A stretch of 64,000 nucleotides of DNA from Rebecca billardiae RCC1528 (Eukaryota > Protista > Haptophyta). Numbering within the stretch: the stretch's first letter is position 1; every line of letters starts with the position of its first letter. Positions 10,598-24,077 of the stretch are shown piece by piece. The notes under the pieces are model-generated. The model worked only from the letters and a program-made list of their open reading frames with translations, was not told where the DNA came from and did no database searches. The stretch spans positions 620,001-684,000 of the forward strand of contig OZ251235.1 of the NCBI GenBank assembly GCA_965240325.2, given 5' to 3'. A program made the translations under genes and the position numbers.

Positions 10598-12803
10598 AAC
10601 TATTTGACTCATCCCCGGGCTGATTCATCCGTAATATCCTATGGTGTCCACGGGGGCGGCGCGGACCGTGCGCCGGCCCCGGCTCACTCGGCACTGCGCG
10701 GCCGTGCCGCCGGGCCCGGCGAGTCCGCGGGCGCCGCGGCCCGCGCGCGCGCCGCGGACTAACCGAGTACGGTCCGCGACCCGGCCTGGCCGGCGCGGCG
10801 GACCGCGCCGTCGACGAGCTGAGCTCTCAGCCTGGCCTGGAGTCACAGGGCACAGTGTGCCCGTTACGGCGCATACGCTTGTCAGCTCCTAACGGATGAC
10901 GAGCGCGGCGAATCTGGCGAGCACACCTCTGCTCGTGTGCGCTCTCCTCTCGATTCGTCGTCGGAGAACTCAGTGACAGTTGTGCTGTTGCAAGGTCGAT
11001 CGTGCTTCTGCTGTGGTTGTCGCTTGGGCGATGGCTGCTCATCGTAGGCGTCCGGCGAAAAGTAGCGTATGCGGCCGTCGTCGGGACGACTCGATCCGGG
11101 GCGTGCTCGCTTCTTGCCCGCCGTCGCCTTCTCGCCGCTGAGCAGGGCGCTGCTCGTGTCGATCACGCCAAGGATCTCGTCGCACGCGCAGAGTGACTCG
11201 CTCAGTAAGCGGCAGGCCAGCTTGTACTCCAATGTGCTCTCTGGCTTTCTGCCGAGGCTCAGCGTCGCCTCCGCGACGTGGCTGTCCAGGGTGTCTGGGA
11301 GGTGCATGGCGCCGGTTGCCGGCGGCGCGGCGGTGTCGTTCGTGAGTAAAAGCGGATGATCTGATGTGCAGTGGAGGGTGTGTTCGCGGTGAAGAAGGTC
11401 AGGGTCGCTCGGGCAAGTAGGACTTGGTTACCTGCATGAGCGAACCTTATTTTTTGCACGACCAAGTTGGCTTTGGCTCGTGTTCTCCGCTCCATTTACG
11501 GTTGAGGAAGGGCCGCCTGATTACGAGAGGAAGGTTCCCTGGCCGTTCGCCACAGCGCCGATGGGTGATGAATAGGGTATATTGTCTTCATTAAAGTTTG
11601 TCGACGCTTCCAGGGCTCATATTCTCCGCCATCTGATTACAATGTGGGAACGCACGCCGTAGTAATAGTACGCGTGTGTGAGAGCTATCATCATATCAGG
11701 ATTCCTGCCTATGTAAGTTGCATATCATGTTTACCGAATCAATCTCGTGGATCTAACCCAGTGAAACGTTGTTTTTGACCGCCTTGATGAGTCCCCATAT
11801 TCAATATGGGGGTATCCCTCTCAATTGTGTGAGTGTGGTTACCACGTTCGATTACGGCGGCCTCTAATTAAACGTCGGAAATCCGAGGAAAATGCCGATC
11901 GGAAACCGGAGTATTCAGTATTATGCTGATGTTGAGCGCCACGGAAGCTCTGGTCGTGAAATAATAATATTTTGCACGGCGGGAGCCTTCTCACGAATGC
12001 ACATCAGCGGTGAGAATCGGAAATCAGCGCAAAATACCCCCACCGCGGATCTACCCAGTCGATTTTTATGCGCGCCAAGAATTCTGATATCTGAGATCGA
12101 TGACAATGACGATGCCGACGACGACGACGTGCCACGCATGAGACTTCGCATCGGCTATGCTGGTTGCGTGCTCTCCGCACTGAGCGGCCGCTCACCGCGA
12201 GAGCCTCCCGCCCACCCGTCGTCCCTGGTCGCGCGGCAGCCGCGGACGGCCGCCCCGCCAAGTGCCAGCGCTTCGCATTGGCACTCCGAAGGCGCCCGTC
12301 TGCTCCGGCCAGCCCGCGGTCACACGGAAAGCGCGCACTTCTCTCATTTCTCAGCCTGTGGTGTGCACCTCTTTTGTGAGCCTTGCGCACCGAGTCAGGA
12401 GCTGGCAATGGGTTGATGGGGCGAGCCGTCTGGGGCGCACTCAGCAGTCAGTGCCCAATGCCAATGCTTCGGGTCGCGATTGCGGCCCGGGCCGCTCCGC
12501 GAACTACTGCCGAGCGGCAAGCGCCCAGCCGCCCGCATGCCCGCACAGCAGGGGAGTGGCGTTGCGCTGCGCTCACTTGCTCAGAGACGTTGGCCGTTGC
12601 TGATGATCGAGTGGTCGCCCTCCCTCGATTCGGCGCTGCATCCACTCGGCGGGAACCTACCGCCTTGCTCGGAGAGGTCCCTCGCGCCACCACCACAACT
12701 TCCGGACCTATTTCGTCATCCCGGATGCCCGGACCACGGTTCAAAGGGGTCCCAGCTCCGGCCGAGCTTTGGCGGAAGGACGTCGCCCGCCCGATTGGCC
12801 GCG

Positions 12804-14195
12804 ATGCACGCCGAGAGCGGCGAGGCCGCGACGTATGAGCCCCTCGTCGAGGGAAATGCGCCCAAGCGCCGTGGTCCGCCGCGCTGGTGCATCATCACCG
12901 GCGTGGTCCTCGTGGTGCTCCTCGCGGCGGGGGGCGCGGCCGTGTACTTGGCCGCGGCCGGGCGGCACAGCGCGGCCGCGAGCTCGCCGCCGCTTCCTGT
13001 CTTCCCACCGCCGCCGCCGCCGCTGCCCGAGTGCCACTTCTCGGTGGGCCACCAGCGCCGCACGCGCATAGTCGAGTTCGTCAATGAGTGCAAGGGCGAC
13101 CTGATGGTGAATATCCAGGGCTTCACGTGGCACCAGCCCGCGGACTTCCTCAAGCACGAGCTGCCGGGCGACGGCGGCTTCAAGCTCGCGGAGGGCGAGC
13201 GCATCGAGCACGAGATCTCGGAGCAGCTCTTCTCCGGGCGCATCTGGGCGCGCCCGAACTGCACCTCTCCGTGCAACCCGCTGTCGTGCGGCCCGGCCGG
13301 CACGATGTGGTGCGACACGGGCAACTGTCCGGGCGCCAACGAGACGACGTGCCGCCAGCCGAACGGCGCGTTCGTGGGCGGGCTGCCGCCCGGCCCGCTG
13401 CTCGAGCTCACGCTGTGCGGCGGGCGCGGCGCGAACCCCGCATGCTACGTCGGATCCGACGCGTACAACGCGGATGTGTGCAACGGGATGCCGTTCAACG
13501 ACTTTTACGACGTGTCCAACGTGGACGGGACCTCGCGCGTCTGGGCGTCGCTCGAGGCGCTGCGCGGCCGGCCGCTCACCGGCTCGGGCGCGCCGGATCC
13601 GGCGTACAACTGCGGCTCGCCGAGGATGCCCGGCGCCTTCGACTTCGCCAAGTGCCCCATGCCGCTCCGCATCGCGCGCAACGACACGGACGCCTTCGGC
13701 TTCAGCCCCAACGCGTCGGTGGGCAAGTCGATCGGCTGCCTCTCCGCGTGCAACTTCATGTCGCTCGTGGGGAAGCACTACGTGGCCGACCGATCGGCGG
13801 TCGGCGCGCGGCCGCACAACAAGTCGGAGCCGCTGGTGGGCATGGTGACCGACGACGACATCGCCACGACGTGCTGCGAGTGCGGCCACGGCGTGGACAA
13901 CGGCGTGTGCCCCGCGCCGAAGCCTGACGGCACGTTCCCGCCGCCCAACACCGCGTGCATCGCCGGCTGCTCGCCGTTTGGCGGCTACCCCCACTCGTAC
14001 AAGTCGAGCGAGTGCTCGCTCGCGCGCATGCCCGCCATCCGCGTGCGGCGCAACGTGTCCATCGAGCTCGCCTCCGTGCAGGCGGCCTTCAAGGCGTACG
14101 CGCCCGACGCGTACTCGTGGCAGTTCGACGACTTCAAGAGCACCTTTGTCTGCTCGCAAGCCGATTACCGTGTGTCCTTCTGCCCCGGGAAGTGA
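12804..14195 (+). CDS. Thaumatin-like protein (PR-5 family) with N-terminal type II membrane anchor and Pro stalk
   Basis: FVNEC, GGFKL, SGRIWARPNC, CDTGNC, ELTL, DFYDVSNVDG, GCLSAC and FKAYAPDAYSWQFDD..STFVC...YRVSFCP. TM segment IITGVVLVVLLAAGGAAVYL. Confidence 0.9.
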   Translation: MHAESGEAATYEPLVEGNAPKRRGPPRWCIITGVVLVVLLAAGGAAVYLAAAGRHSAAASSPPLPVFPPPPPPLPECHFSVGHQRRTRIVEFVNECKGDLMVNIQGFTWHQPADFLKHELPGDGGFKLAEGERIEHEISEQLFSGRIWARPNCTSPCNPLSCGPAGTMWCDTGNCPGANETTCRQPNGAFVGGLPPGPLLELTLCGGRGANPACYVGSDAYNADVCNGMPFNDFYDVSNVDGTSRVWASLEALRGRPLTGSGAPDPAYNCGSPRMPGAFDFAKCPMPLRIARNDTDAFGFSPNASVGKSIGCLSACNFMSLVGKHYVADRSAVGARPHNKSEPLVGMVTDDDIATTCCECGHGVDNGVCPAPKPDGTFPPPNTACIAGCSPFGGYPHSYKSSECSLARMPAIRVRRNVSIELASVQAAFKAYAPDAYSWQFDDFKSTFVCSQADYRVSFCPGK

Positions 14196-17025
14196 GCGCG
14201 CCCGGCGCGCCGGGGCGGGCGCTGGCGCGGTGTGCGTACGCACGCGTGCGTGCCGCCGGGGCTCCGCGCACTCGAGCGCCGCCCACGGTGCCACCGCTCC
14301 ACATGCTCGGGAACGTGCCTTCCGCATCACGCGTGGCCGTGGGGGGCTGGCGGGTCATGGGCGCTGGCCTCGTCGCCTGCCCACGGCGCACTACGAGCAG
14401 GCGTTCGTAACGAGGCACGCCTCACGGTCGTAACGTGCTGCTGCTGCCAGACATCACGGTCATGCCACCCTCACTGCTCACGATTCGCCGTTCAGACTAC
14501 GGTCCCGCCAGCGGTAGTCGAGACTCTGAGCCCGCTCGGGCCGGCTCGGGTTCACGACCGAGACTGACGGTACTGAGTACTGTGACTGAATCCTGCGCTG
14601 CTGACTACGGTTCAGAATCAGAACCCGGGTCCGGGAGCCGTCACTCGAGTCAGTCGTCGCCTGTCCGCCGGGTCGTCACCGTCACCGCGTGCTCGGACCG
14701 CGCACGGCGCAGGCGGCGCGGCAGGCGGCAGGGCCCGCTGAGGCGCCCGGAGTCCGGGTCCGAATGGTTATGTGGCGGCACCGTCTAACAGTCGGACCGG
14801 GACTGAGCCCGCGACGCCTGCACGCCGCACGGGCTGCACATTCAGCACAATAACTCTTCGGGCAGCTAGTTCGAGACTCTCACTCTGTGACGAAGCCTGT
14901 GTCTGTGTTGAGTCGCGGTCCGGACTCAGACACTCGGCGGTGACTCGGCCTGCGCGGTCCGCCCACCGGACCTTGGCGCACCTGGCCGACCGCGCCGCCG
15001 TCGATGGCACAGAGAGAGACGACTCACTAGACGGAGGAGTCTTCAGTGCATGTCCACTCGATCTTGGCTGCACGGGCCTGCAGCCAGTGTCTGTGACAGA
15101 CGCCATCACAGATCACAGTGATCAGTTGATCACTCTCACTGCAGTTTAAGCTACTCACTAGCCACTGGGGCTCAGGCTCAGCGGCATTCGCTGCGAGTGC
15201 GGCTCGTCAATCGACGCCGCGCCGAGCACGGGGCTCGCCGCTTGGCGCGCGGAAGCCGGCGGAGGCGTCATATACTCATTCGTCAACGCGTGCGGGATGA
15301 TCATGATGTAAGAGATACTGGCCGGATAAGAATTAAGATTCGTCTGGACGAAGGTCGGTCATCGCCGTCATCGACGCCGACGGTGAAAACTGAAATATAA
15401 TCCACCAGCATCCGTCACTCGTCAGTGAATAGTGATACTGTACTCCGTCCTGAGTCCGCGTCGGGCGTCGGTTCAGACCCCTGCCAGGCTGAGAAACGGC
15501 CCGCGGGCACTAACGACTACTGTGACTGACTGTCACTGTACTGTACTACATCCTCATCCTGTCGGCGCGCTGTCGCATCGGCGCCCAGTCGGAGAGTTGA
15601 AGTTCGGACGACGACGTTTTGTGGACGACGGTGGGGCGAGGACGATGGGCACTGGCGCGCCGTGAGCGGCGAGGCGCCGCGGGCCGCAGCCCTCATCCAG
15701 GCCTCGCAGGCGGACGGCTGAACGAATCTTCCGCGACGGCGCTACCATCGGCGACGGCTTCATAGTTCATGGGCGGTGACAGTTGGCGGGCGTCAATCTC
15801 GCCTACCTAGTACCTGACTGTCCTGAGCTGTGTGCGTCTCATATTATTCGTCAACTGTTTCAAGCTCCGCCCGTAGTCTAAGAAGACGCGGCGGCATGTC
15901 AAAGAGTGGCACACGTGAACCGTACCTGCATCAGTCACCGTGCGGGAGGAACTGACCAAGCCGATGGGTGCCTAGCTAAACTGCTAGCTGGATGCCAGAG
16001 TACGCGACGACGCTTAATATTCATGAGACGAGGCCGGTCGAGGGCGTCGGATCAAAGATGTTTTTGAAACGTGGTTCGGGCCCGCCGCAGTGCGGGCTCC
16101 ACGCTGCTGCGCGCTCCGCCCTGCAGCACTCTGGCCGCCTGCACCGCGGGCCATCAGCCTATCAGAACGCGCCCGTGTGGACCGGGGACTTCAGAAAAAT
16201 GCGGTACGTATATATCGTCTATCTATAATATTAGGTCATGGCATGCGGCATGCGAGACTGACGGTATTGGCGCGGCGAGGTGAATGAGTAGGTATGCAGT
16301 GACGATGACAATGGAGTCATGGGATGGATGGAGAGCCGCGTGATGGCCACTGTGACTGGGCGGGCTTGGCATGGCATGGAGATCGATGGTACGGCGGTGA
16401 ATATTGGTACGGAGGCGGTGCACCGGGGTCCTTGGCCACGTGTGGGGTGCCGAGCGCGGCGTCGCTGCTCGCGAGAGCATGAGCGGGTGCCGCGCGCCGT
16501 CGTGGACGCCCGAGCGTGGCAGTGCTCCGGCATGCATGCAGATGGCGTGCAACGAGTGGCCCCTCCGCTGGGGCGGCGAGGTCACAGGAAGGTGCAGATG
16601 GGCGACGAGCGTTGCAGCCGGGAGCTGCGCGCCGTCACGACTCGCCTCTCTCGGCCGGGCTGCTGCGCTCGCGGTCCAAACCCCGCGGCTGCCTGCCGCG
16701 GCCGGCAGCCGGCGGGCGGCGGGCGCCCATCGCCCACCGCCCGACGCGAGGGGCGGCCGCCTGCGCCGTCCACTCGCTCGCACGAGCCGTGCGCGCGGCG
16801 CGGCCCGTCTTTTCCTCTCGCGCGCGTCGCCGGGCGGCGTCGACGCCCCCACGACGCCGCCCGCGCCCCTCGCCTGCTCGGGGCGCGGGCGATGCGCTCC
16901 CGCGTCCGCGTGTGCTCGCCTCGCACTCGCGTGACACGTGTGTACCACACGCGCGCGCGTGTGTGCGTGCGAGTGTGTCACCGGGGTCACTCACTCGCCC
17001 ACGCACACGCGGCACACGCGCGTGC

Positions 17026-20000
17026 TTACATCCCCTCGATCTTGTCGTCCACCTCCTGGTAGAGCTGGCGCAGGCGGTCGAGGTTCTCCTCCGAGGTGTC
17101 CCAGTAGCCGCGGCCGTTGGCCTCGAGGAAGGTGGTCACCATGTCGCGGAACGCGTTCGGGTTTGTGTCGAGCAGCCGCTTCTGCATCTCAGGGTCCTTG
17201 ATGAAGACGTCGTTGGCATCCTCGTACACGAAGTTGTCGACCGCGCCTGGGGCCACGGTGGCGGGGGTGGCACGCGGGGGGGCGCGCGCGTGAGCGCGGA
17301 GCGCTGCCGACGCGCAGAGCCGCGCCGCGCCGCGCGAGCGTGCGCGCGGCTGCGCGCGCGCGCGGGTGCGCGCACCGGCGGTGGCGGACCAGCCCATCGT
17401 GTTGCGCAGCCGCTTGGTGATCTCCCGGGTGCCCTCGTAGCCGCTCTTGAGCATGCCCTCGTAGAACTTGGGGTTGAGCAGCTTGGTGCGCGCGTCGAGC
17501 CGGACGGTCTCCGAGAGGGTGCGCACCTGCGCGTTCGCGGTGGTGGTGTCCGCGACGAAGGCCTTGGGCTTCTTGCCATCCTTGCGCAGCGTGGACACGA
17601 CCTTGGTCGGGTCCGAGTCGAAGTAGTGCGACACGTCCGACAGCGAGATCTCCGAGGAGTCGAGGTTCTGGAAGGTCACGTCCACCTTGGAGAGGGAGGA
17701 CTTGAAGACGGCGTCCTGCTGCTCGAGCATCCCCGGCTTGTCCGCGTTGAACGCGAAGCCCTTGCGCGAGAGGTACTGCTCCTGCAGCTGCGACTCGTCC
17801 TCCCACCCGCCGTTCTCGATCGCGAGGCCGACGTTGGCGGAGTAGGAGCCTGAGGGCAGACACGAGGCCGCGCGCGCGAGAGCGAGGGAGGGAGCGCGCG
17901 AGCGCGGGCGGGCGGGCGGGCGGCGAGGGGCGGGTTGCGGCGGAGTGAGGGAGGGCGCGCGGCGGCGGCGCGGCCCCGGCGGCCCAGCTGCACGGCGCGA
18001 GCGCGCGCGGCCGCGCGCCCGCGGCCGCGCGCGCGGCGTGTGCTGCGCGCGGTGCGCGGCGAGCGGTGCGCGGCGCGCGCGCGCGCGCACCGGCCGCGTT
18101 GGAGAAGACGCGCGTCGCCGCGTCGCGCAGCGAGACGCCGAGCTCCTCGGCCTGGTCGATGGCGTGCTTGCGCACGAAGTTCATCTCGAGCGGCTCGTCC
18201 GCCTCCGCGGCCATCTTGACCGCGCGGTCGAGCAGGTTCATCTGGTTGATGAACAGGTCGCGGAAGACGCCCGAGCACGTGACGACGACGTCGATGCGCG
18301 GCCGGCCGAGCTCCTCGAGCGGGATCAGCTCGAGCTTGTTCACGCGGCCGATCGCGTCGGGGACGGGCTTCACGCCGACCATCCAGAGCACCTGCGCGAG
18401 GGACTCGCCGTACGTCTTGATGTTGTCCGTGCCCCACAGCACAAACGCGATCGACTCCGGGTACGCGCCGTCGTTGTCCAACGCCTGCCGCTCGAGCAGC
18501 CGGTCGACCACGACCTTTGCGCAGTCGCACGCGGCCGTGGTCGGGATCGCCTGCGGGTCGAGCGCGTGCATGTTCTTGCCCGTCGGCAGCACGCCGGGGT
18601 TGCGGATCGGGTCGCCGCCGGGGCCGGGCAGCGTGTACTTGCCGTCCAGCCCGTTCACCAGCGCGCCGAGCTCGTTGTCGGCGACCACCTGCTTGAGGCA
18701 GAACTCGAGGTACCGCACGAGCGGCTCGAGGTCGGCCTCGGAGCACGCGCCAAAGCCGTTGGCGCTCAGCGCCTCGAGCCACGGCGCCTTGGACATGCCG
18801 AGGGCGCGGCCGAGGTTGGCGAAGACGGACTGAACGGACTCGACGCGGCCGTCCTCGTTGGCCGACTGCTCCACGAGCGCGCGCACCGACGCGCGCGTCG
18901 CCTCGACGATCTGGTTGCGCAGCGCGGCGTCCTCGAGCACGCCCGCGTCCGAGTTGCGGTAGACCTCGTCAATGTCGCGCCCGACCGACGTCGCGATGAT
19001 GCGCGGCAGCGACTTGGTGCCCTCCTCGGGCCGGTCGATCGAGGCGATGTTCACGAGCGTCGCGATCGCCTCCTCCGCCGTCGGCGGCACGCCCACCGTG
19101 TGCAGCCCGCACGGCAGCAGCCGCGACTCGATCTCCATCAGCCGCGCGTACACCTTGCCCACGACCGTGTCGCGCTCGTCGAGCGAGAGCGCCGACATGT
19201 CCGCCTCCTCCGACGGGAGGTCGGTGATGTCCTTGTCGAGGTTGCACGTGCGCGCGGACGCGACGATCGAGCCGACAATGTTGGGGCCGCGCCCCGTGTC
19301 GCGCAGCCCCTGGTACGACGAGACCAGCTCGCCCAGCTCCTTGAGCCCCTTGTACAGGCCCGCGTTCTCGGCGGGCGGCGTGAGGTAGGAGATGGTGTTG
19401 GCGTACGAGCGCCGCTTGGCGATCGTCGCCTCGGACGGGTTGTTCGCGGCGTAGTAGTAGAGGTTGGGGATGCTGTGGATGAGGCGGTCGGGGTAGCACT
19501 CGCCCGACATGCCCACCTGCTTGCCCGGCATGAACTCGAGCGAGCCGTGCGTGCCGAAGTGCAGCACCGCGTCCGCGCCGAAGACCTTCTCGACGTACGA
19601 GTAGTACGCGGCGAAGCCGTGGTGCGGCGACGCCGACTTCGAGAAGAGCAGCCGCATCGGGTCGCCCTCGTAGCCAAACGACGGCTGCACGCCGATGAAC
19701 ACGTTCCCGTACGTCTTGCCGTACACGAGCAGGTTGGCGCCGTCCGAGTTGAGCTGCCCCGGCGGCGGGCCCCAGCTCTCCTCGAGGTCCTGCGCGTACG
19801 GCGTCAGCTTCTTGTACTCGTCCACCGACATGCGGTACTCGACGTTGAGCTCGGGCGAGGTGACGCGCGCCTCCTTGTCGTGCAGCACCGAGTCGATCAG
19901 CGCCTCGACCGAGTCGGGCAGTTCGCCCACGTCGTAGCCCTCCTTCTGCAGCCCCTGCAGCACCGACCAGATCGAGCCGAACACGTCGAGGTACGCCGCC

Positions 20001-22106
20001 GTGCCCACGTTGCCCTTGTCCGGCGGGAAGGAGAAGATGGTGACCGCGACCTTCTTCTCGGCGTTCTGCTTGCGCCGCAGGTTGGCCCACTTGAGCGCGC
20101 GCGACGAGAGCGACGTGATGCGGTCGGCGAGCGGCACGGAGCGCCCCGTGAGCCCGTCGCGCCCGGCGAAGATGATCGGCTCGATCGCGCCGTCGATCTC
20201 GGGGAGCGCCACCTGCAGCGCCACCTGCACCGGGTGCAGCCCGAGCTCCGAGTCCTTCCACTCCTCGAACGTCTGGAAGACGAGCGGCAGCGCGCACAGG
20301 TACGGCCGGTCGAGCTTCTTGAGGCACTCGACGGCGCGCGGGTGGTCCTGCTTGGCCGGGCCGCCGACCAGCGCGAAGCCGGTCAGGTTGATCACCGAGT
20401 CCACCACCACCTTGCCCGCCGCGTTGTAGAAGTACTCGTCCACGAGCACCGAGAAGTCGAGCGCGCCCGAGTAGGTCGGCACCACCTTGGCGCCCTGCGC
20501 CTCGAGCTCGGAGATGAGCGACACGTAGTGGCCGTCGTCCTTCGTGTTGATGTGCGACTTCTGCAGCAGGATGCCCACGGTCGGCGCCGCGTCGAAGTCG
20601 ATGCCCGTCGCCGGCGCCACCTCGCGCCGGTACCAGTCGAGGTACGAGTCCACGTCCACGAAGATCTCCTTGGCGATCGGGTGCCAGATGCCGCGGTCGG
20701 GGATGAGCCGCGGGTCCTGGATGACTGACTCGGGGAGCAGGTCCTTCGACGCGATCGGCTCGACGTACTTGGAGGCGACGTTGAGCAGCATCGCCTCCAG
20801 GTTCTCCGGCGAGCCGCCGAGCCAGTACTGGAACGAGAGCATGAACGAGCGCGCGTCCTTCGCCTTGTCGTTCGGCAGGTACTTGAGCACCTTGGGCAGC
20901 GCGCGCAGCAGCTTGAGCATCCCGTCCTCAAACGTGGCGCCCTGGGGCTGCGCGAGCGAGCGAGCGCGCGCGCGGCGGGGCGGGGCGGGGGCGGGGGCGG
21001 GGGCGGGGGCGGGGCGTGAGTGCGCGGCGAGGCGCGCGCGCGCGCGAGGCGCGTGCAGCCGGCCGGCTGGCCACTGGCCCCAGCCCGCTGACCGCGCGCC
21101 GGCGGCGCGGCCGCGAGCGCGCGGCCAGCGGGCGCGCGATCGCGCCGCTCGGGCGCGTGCGCCTGCGTATCGCTCTTCCTCCGCGCGCGCTCGCGGAGCG
21201 GCGCACCTTGTTCTTCTTCATGAAGTCGGAGAGCCCGCCCTTCGACGTGCCCGCGTTCTTCATCTCGAACGAGCCCACCTTCTGCAGCCGCATCACGTCC
21301 GGCATCGACGGGAAGACGATGCACGCCGACATCCGGTCGCGGTTCGGCTCGACCGCCTCCACGACCTTGTCCGCGAGCTCCTGCACGAAGATGAGCGAGC
21401 CGATGAAGATGTCGGCCTCGCCCACCTCGCGCTTGAAGTCCTCGTAGTTCTGCGGGTCGCGCAGCTCCTCGAGCAGGTACCCCGAGCACTCGACCGCCAC
21501 GCTCTCCTGCTGCGCGTTGATGCGCTTGCACGCGGCCGTCATCGACGACTGGTACTGGCTCTCGAGCACGACGTACACGACCTTGAACTTGGTGCGCCCG
21601 TTCAGGTCGTCCGGCTCGACGTGGCGGTCGGCGGGGTTCGAGCCCGTGAAGAGGCCCGTGCTCGGGCCGCCGCCCGTCGCCACCATGCTCAGCCGCGCGG
21701 CCACCGACGTCGCCGGCGCGGCCGTGCGCACGGCGCCAGTCGCGACCGAGCGCGCAGCTGCGCGCGCGCGCAGAGGCGGCAGGGCAGGGGGCGCGCCGGG
21801 GGCAGGGCGGGCAGCCAGGCGGTATTGTCAGCGAAACCGTCCGCCGCGCCCACATCCACGCCCTCGGCCGCGCGGTGCGGGCTGCACGCGGCACAGATTC
21901 GCGCGCGTGCGCGCCCGGACGCCGCCGGGTACGCGCGCGCGCCACGCGCGCGCGCCGTCCGCGAGAGCGAGCGCGCGCGGTGGGGGGTACGAGGGGCAGA
22001 TGTGGCACATACCGGTCCGAGGCAGCGCGAATGCGCTCCGAGTCGCGTAGCCAGCGCATGGCGCGGCGAGCGCGACGAGCGCAGCGAACAGAGTCCACCG
22101 CGTCAT
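17026..22106 (-). CDS. chlH: Magnesium chelatase subunit H; 5 exons (introns 21758-22012, ~20948-21206, 17850-18090, 17247-17375)
   Basis: [85 protein letters not shown] and C-terminal EVDDKIEG. All joins are in frame at GT/AG. Exon 1 encodes a signal peptide. Confidence 0.97.
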
Positions 22107-22730
22107 GACGGATGCGCGGGGCCGACGATGCGTCCTCGTCCTCCTAGGCGAGATCGCATCGAGACGACTAGAGAAATTTAATGAGGGCCAGTAGCTTCCC
22201 CGTATTTCAGTCGCGGCTGCACCACTCACGGCGCGCCGCACCTTTGCTTCAAGCCTTGATCTCGCGCCCGCGAGCCAATGCTGAGCTAAATGAATGAAGC
22301 CTCGTCGCCAGGGTGCGGCAGACTGTGTGGAGCCTCGTGCCACCCGACGCGCCATGCGGCTCGATGCGCGCGAGCACGCGCGAACCATGGGCGCTGCGCG
22401 CGGCGCACGACTGCCCGAGCCACCCCCCGACGCTCGGGGGCGCGTCGAGGCCCCGCTGACCCCTCTCGGCGCCGTGCTGGCGGCGCCAGCAGACGCCACG
22501 CGCATGGACGGTGGCCGCGTCCGCGGAGCGTCGGAATCGCTCTCCGGAAGTTGCCCGGCTCGACGAGCTCCCGCCAGATAGAAACTTGGGGGAGGTTCGG
22601 TTCGGAAGATTCCCTTCTGAATGGCGCGGAAAGCGGGCGTAGAATCGGGGCCCTCAATCTTCGGGCCCCTCCCCGAAGCGTCGTCGGCCTGGCTCTGGCG
22701 CGCGCAAGGTCACCAGTGGCAGCGAAATCC

Positions 22731-23435
22731 ATGGCGGCGCGTTTGGAACCCGCGGCGCGGGTGTGCGCGCCGGCGCGGAGGAGGCCATGGCACAGCGCTT
22801 CTGTGGTGGCCTGCCGCGCGTTCGCGACCTCGGGCCGAAGACGAGCGGCAGCCTTCTACGAGGAGCACGCGCGCGCGCGCCGCTACTTCTACCACGTCGA
22901 CCTGCTCGGCCGTCTCTTCAGCGAGGAGACGGAGGTGCGCAACATCGCGACGTGCGTGAAGGGCGAGAAGTTACTGGACTTCTTCTTCAAGAATGTGCAG
23001 CCCAATCGCACGGGCGTGCTCGAGTCCGAGTACGCCCACATCTCCTTCTGCGGCAAGGAGGTGAACTACCTGCACGCCGCAGACACACCAGTCGTGTTCA
23101 CCGATCTCGCTCAGGACGGAGCGGACGCGTGGCTTCGATTCGGAGGCACGCTGCAGGAGCCGTTCGATCCCGCGCAGCTCGCCGTCTCCGAGACCACGGG
23201 GAGGCTGTACCATCCTCTGACCGCGCACAGGAAGCTCTCGCTTGCAGGCCAACCGCCCCCGCGCATGCTGCTGCGCTCGGCACTCGTCAGCGAGCTTGAG
23301 GGCAGCATCCTCAGCGTCGACGAGGCCGCGGCTCCTCCGCCGTCCGGCGCGCGAACCCACGCCAGCTGGCCGCCTCGGTCGGGCGTCGCCTTCCAGTGGC
23401 ACGGTGAGCTCTATCCCATTGAGCTTGTCCCTTGA
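22731..23435 (+). CDS. C8orf82/UPF0598 (DUF4505)-like protein, possible mitochondrial presequence
   Basis: RRYFYHVDLLGRLF...RNIATCVK...LDFFF...N.TG...SFCGKEVNYL...DTPVVF...GRLYHP. Arg-rich N-terminus. Confidence 0.8.
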   Translation: MAARLEPAARVCAPARRRPWHSASVVACRAFATSGRRRAAAFYEEHARARRYFYHVDLLGRLFSEETEVRNIATCVKGEKLLDFFFKNVQPNRTGVLESEYAHISFCGKEVNYLHAADTPVVFTDLAQDGADAWLRFGGTLQEPFDPAQLAVSETTGRLYHPLTAHRKLSLAGQPPPRMLLRSALVSELEGSILSVDEAAAPPPSGARTHASWPPRSGVAFQWHGELYPIELVP

Positions 23436-24077
23436 ATCTATATGATGGCTCGGGATGATATGATGATGATGATGTGACCGATATTATAACCGTACATATC
23501 AATTATCATCCGGTAGTAAAGACACTAAAGTAATAATAGATCGATCGACGACGAGTAGTGTGCTTAGTGATAATGCCAAAGTGATCTCGGAACCGCCGTG
23601 GTTGACGATGCTTGTCGTCGTCGGCTCTGGCTTCGGTTGACCCCTGCCAGACTGCCAGAGACGACGGGCACTGTGTGACTACTCAGTGACTGCTCGTCCT
23701 TCACAATGACATGAAGTCACTCATCCGTCATGAGGTCATCGTGAACTCACAGTCTAACTACGGCGTAGTACAGGCGGGCGCGCTTCAGCAGCTCAAGGCC
23801 GCGCTCAAGCTTTACGATCGCGGTGCAGGCTATGCTCTGCCACCAACGCCGACTTCGTGTCGACGATCGGGCACTGCCGCCGCGACGAATCAGGAGACCT
23901 GCGCCGTCCTACCTGTGTCGTTAAATCATATATATATTGAATGGGTCTGTGATGCCAGTAGGCTTCGTCTATGAACTTCTCTGCTAAGACTTACGGTACT
24001 ATAGGCGGTGCGAGCAGGCGGGAGCGAGCGCAGCCGCCGCCGCATGGCCACGCACGCAGCAGGACGGCCACGCGGTC

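Noticed and set aside
14200-17000. Short ORFs between the thaumatin gene and chlH
   Set aside because: Low-complexity Arg/Ala/Pro translations without coding signal; probably UTR or intergenic sequence.
17945-20728. 927-aa plus-strand ORF, and similar long antisense ORFs such as 45832-49524 and 25404-26840
   Set aside because: Antisense shadows of real genes caused by high GC3; no motifs.
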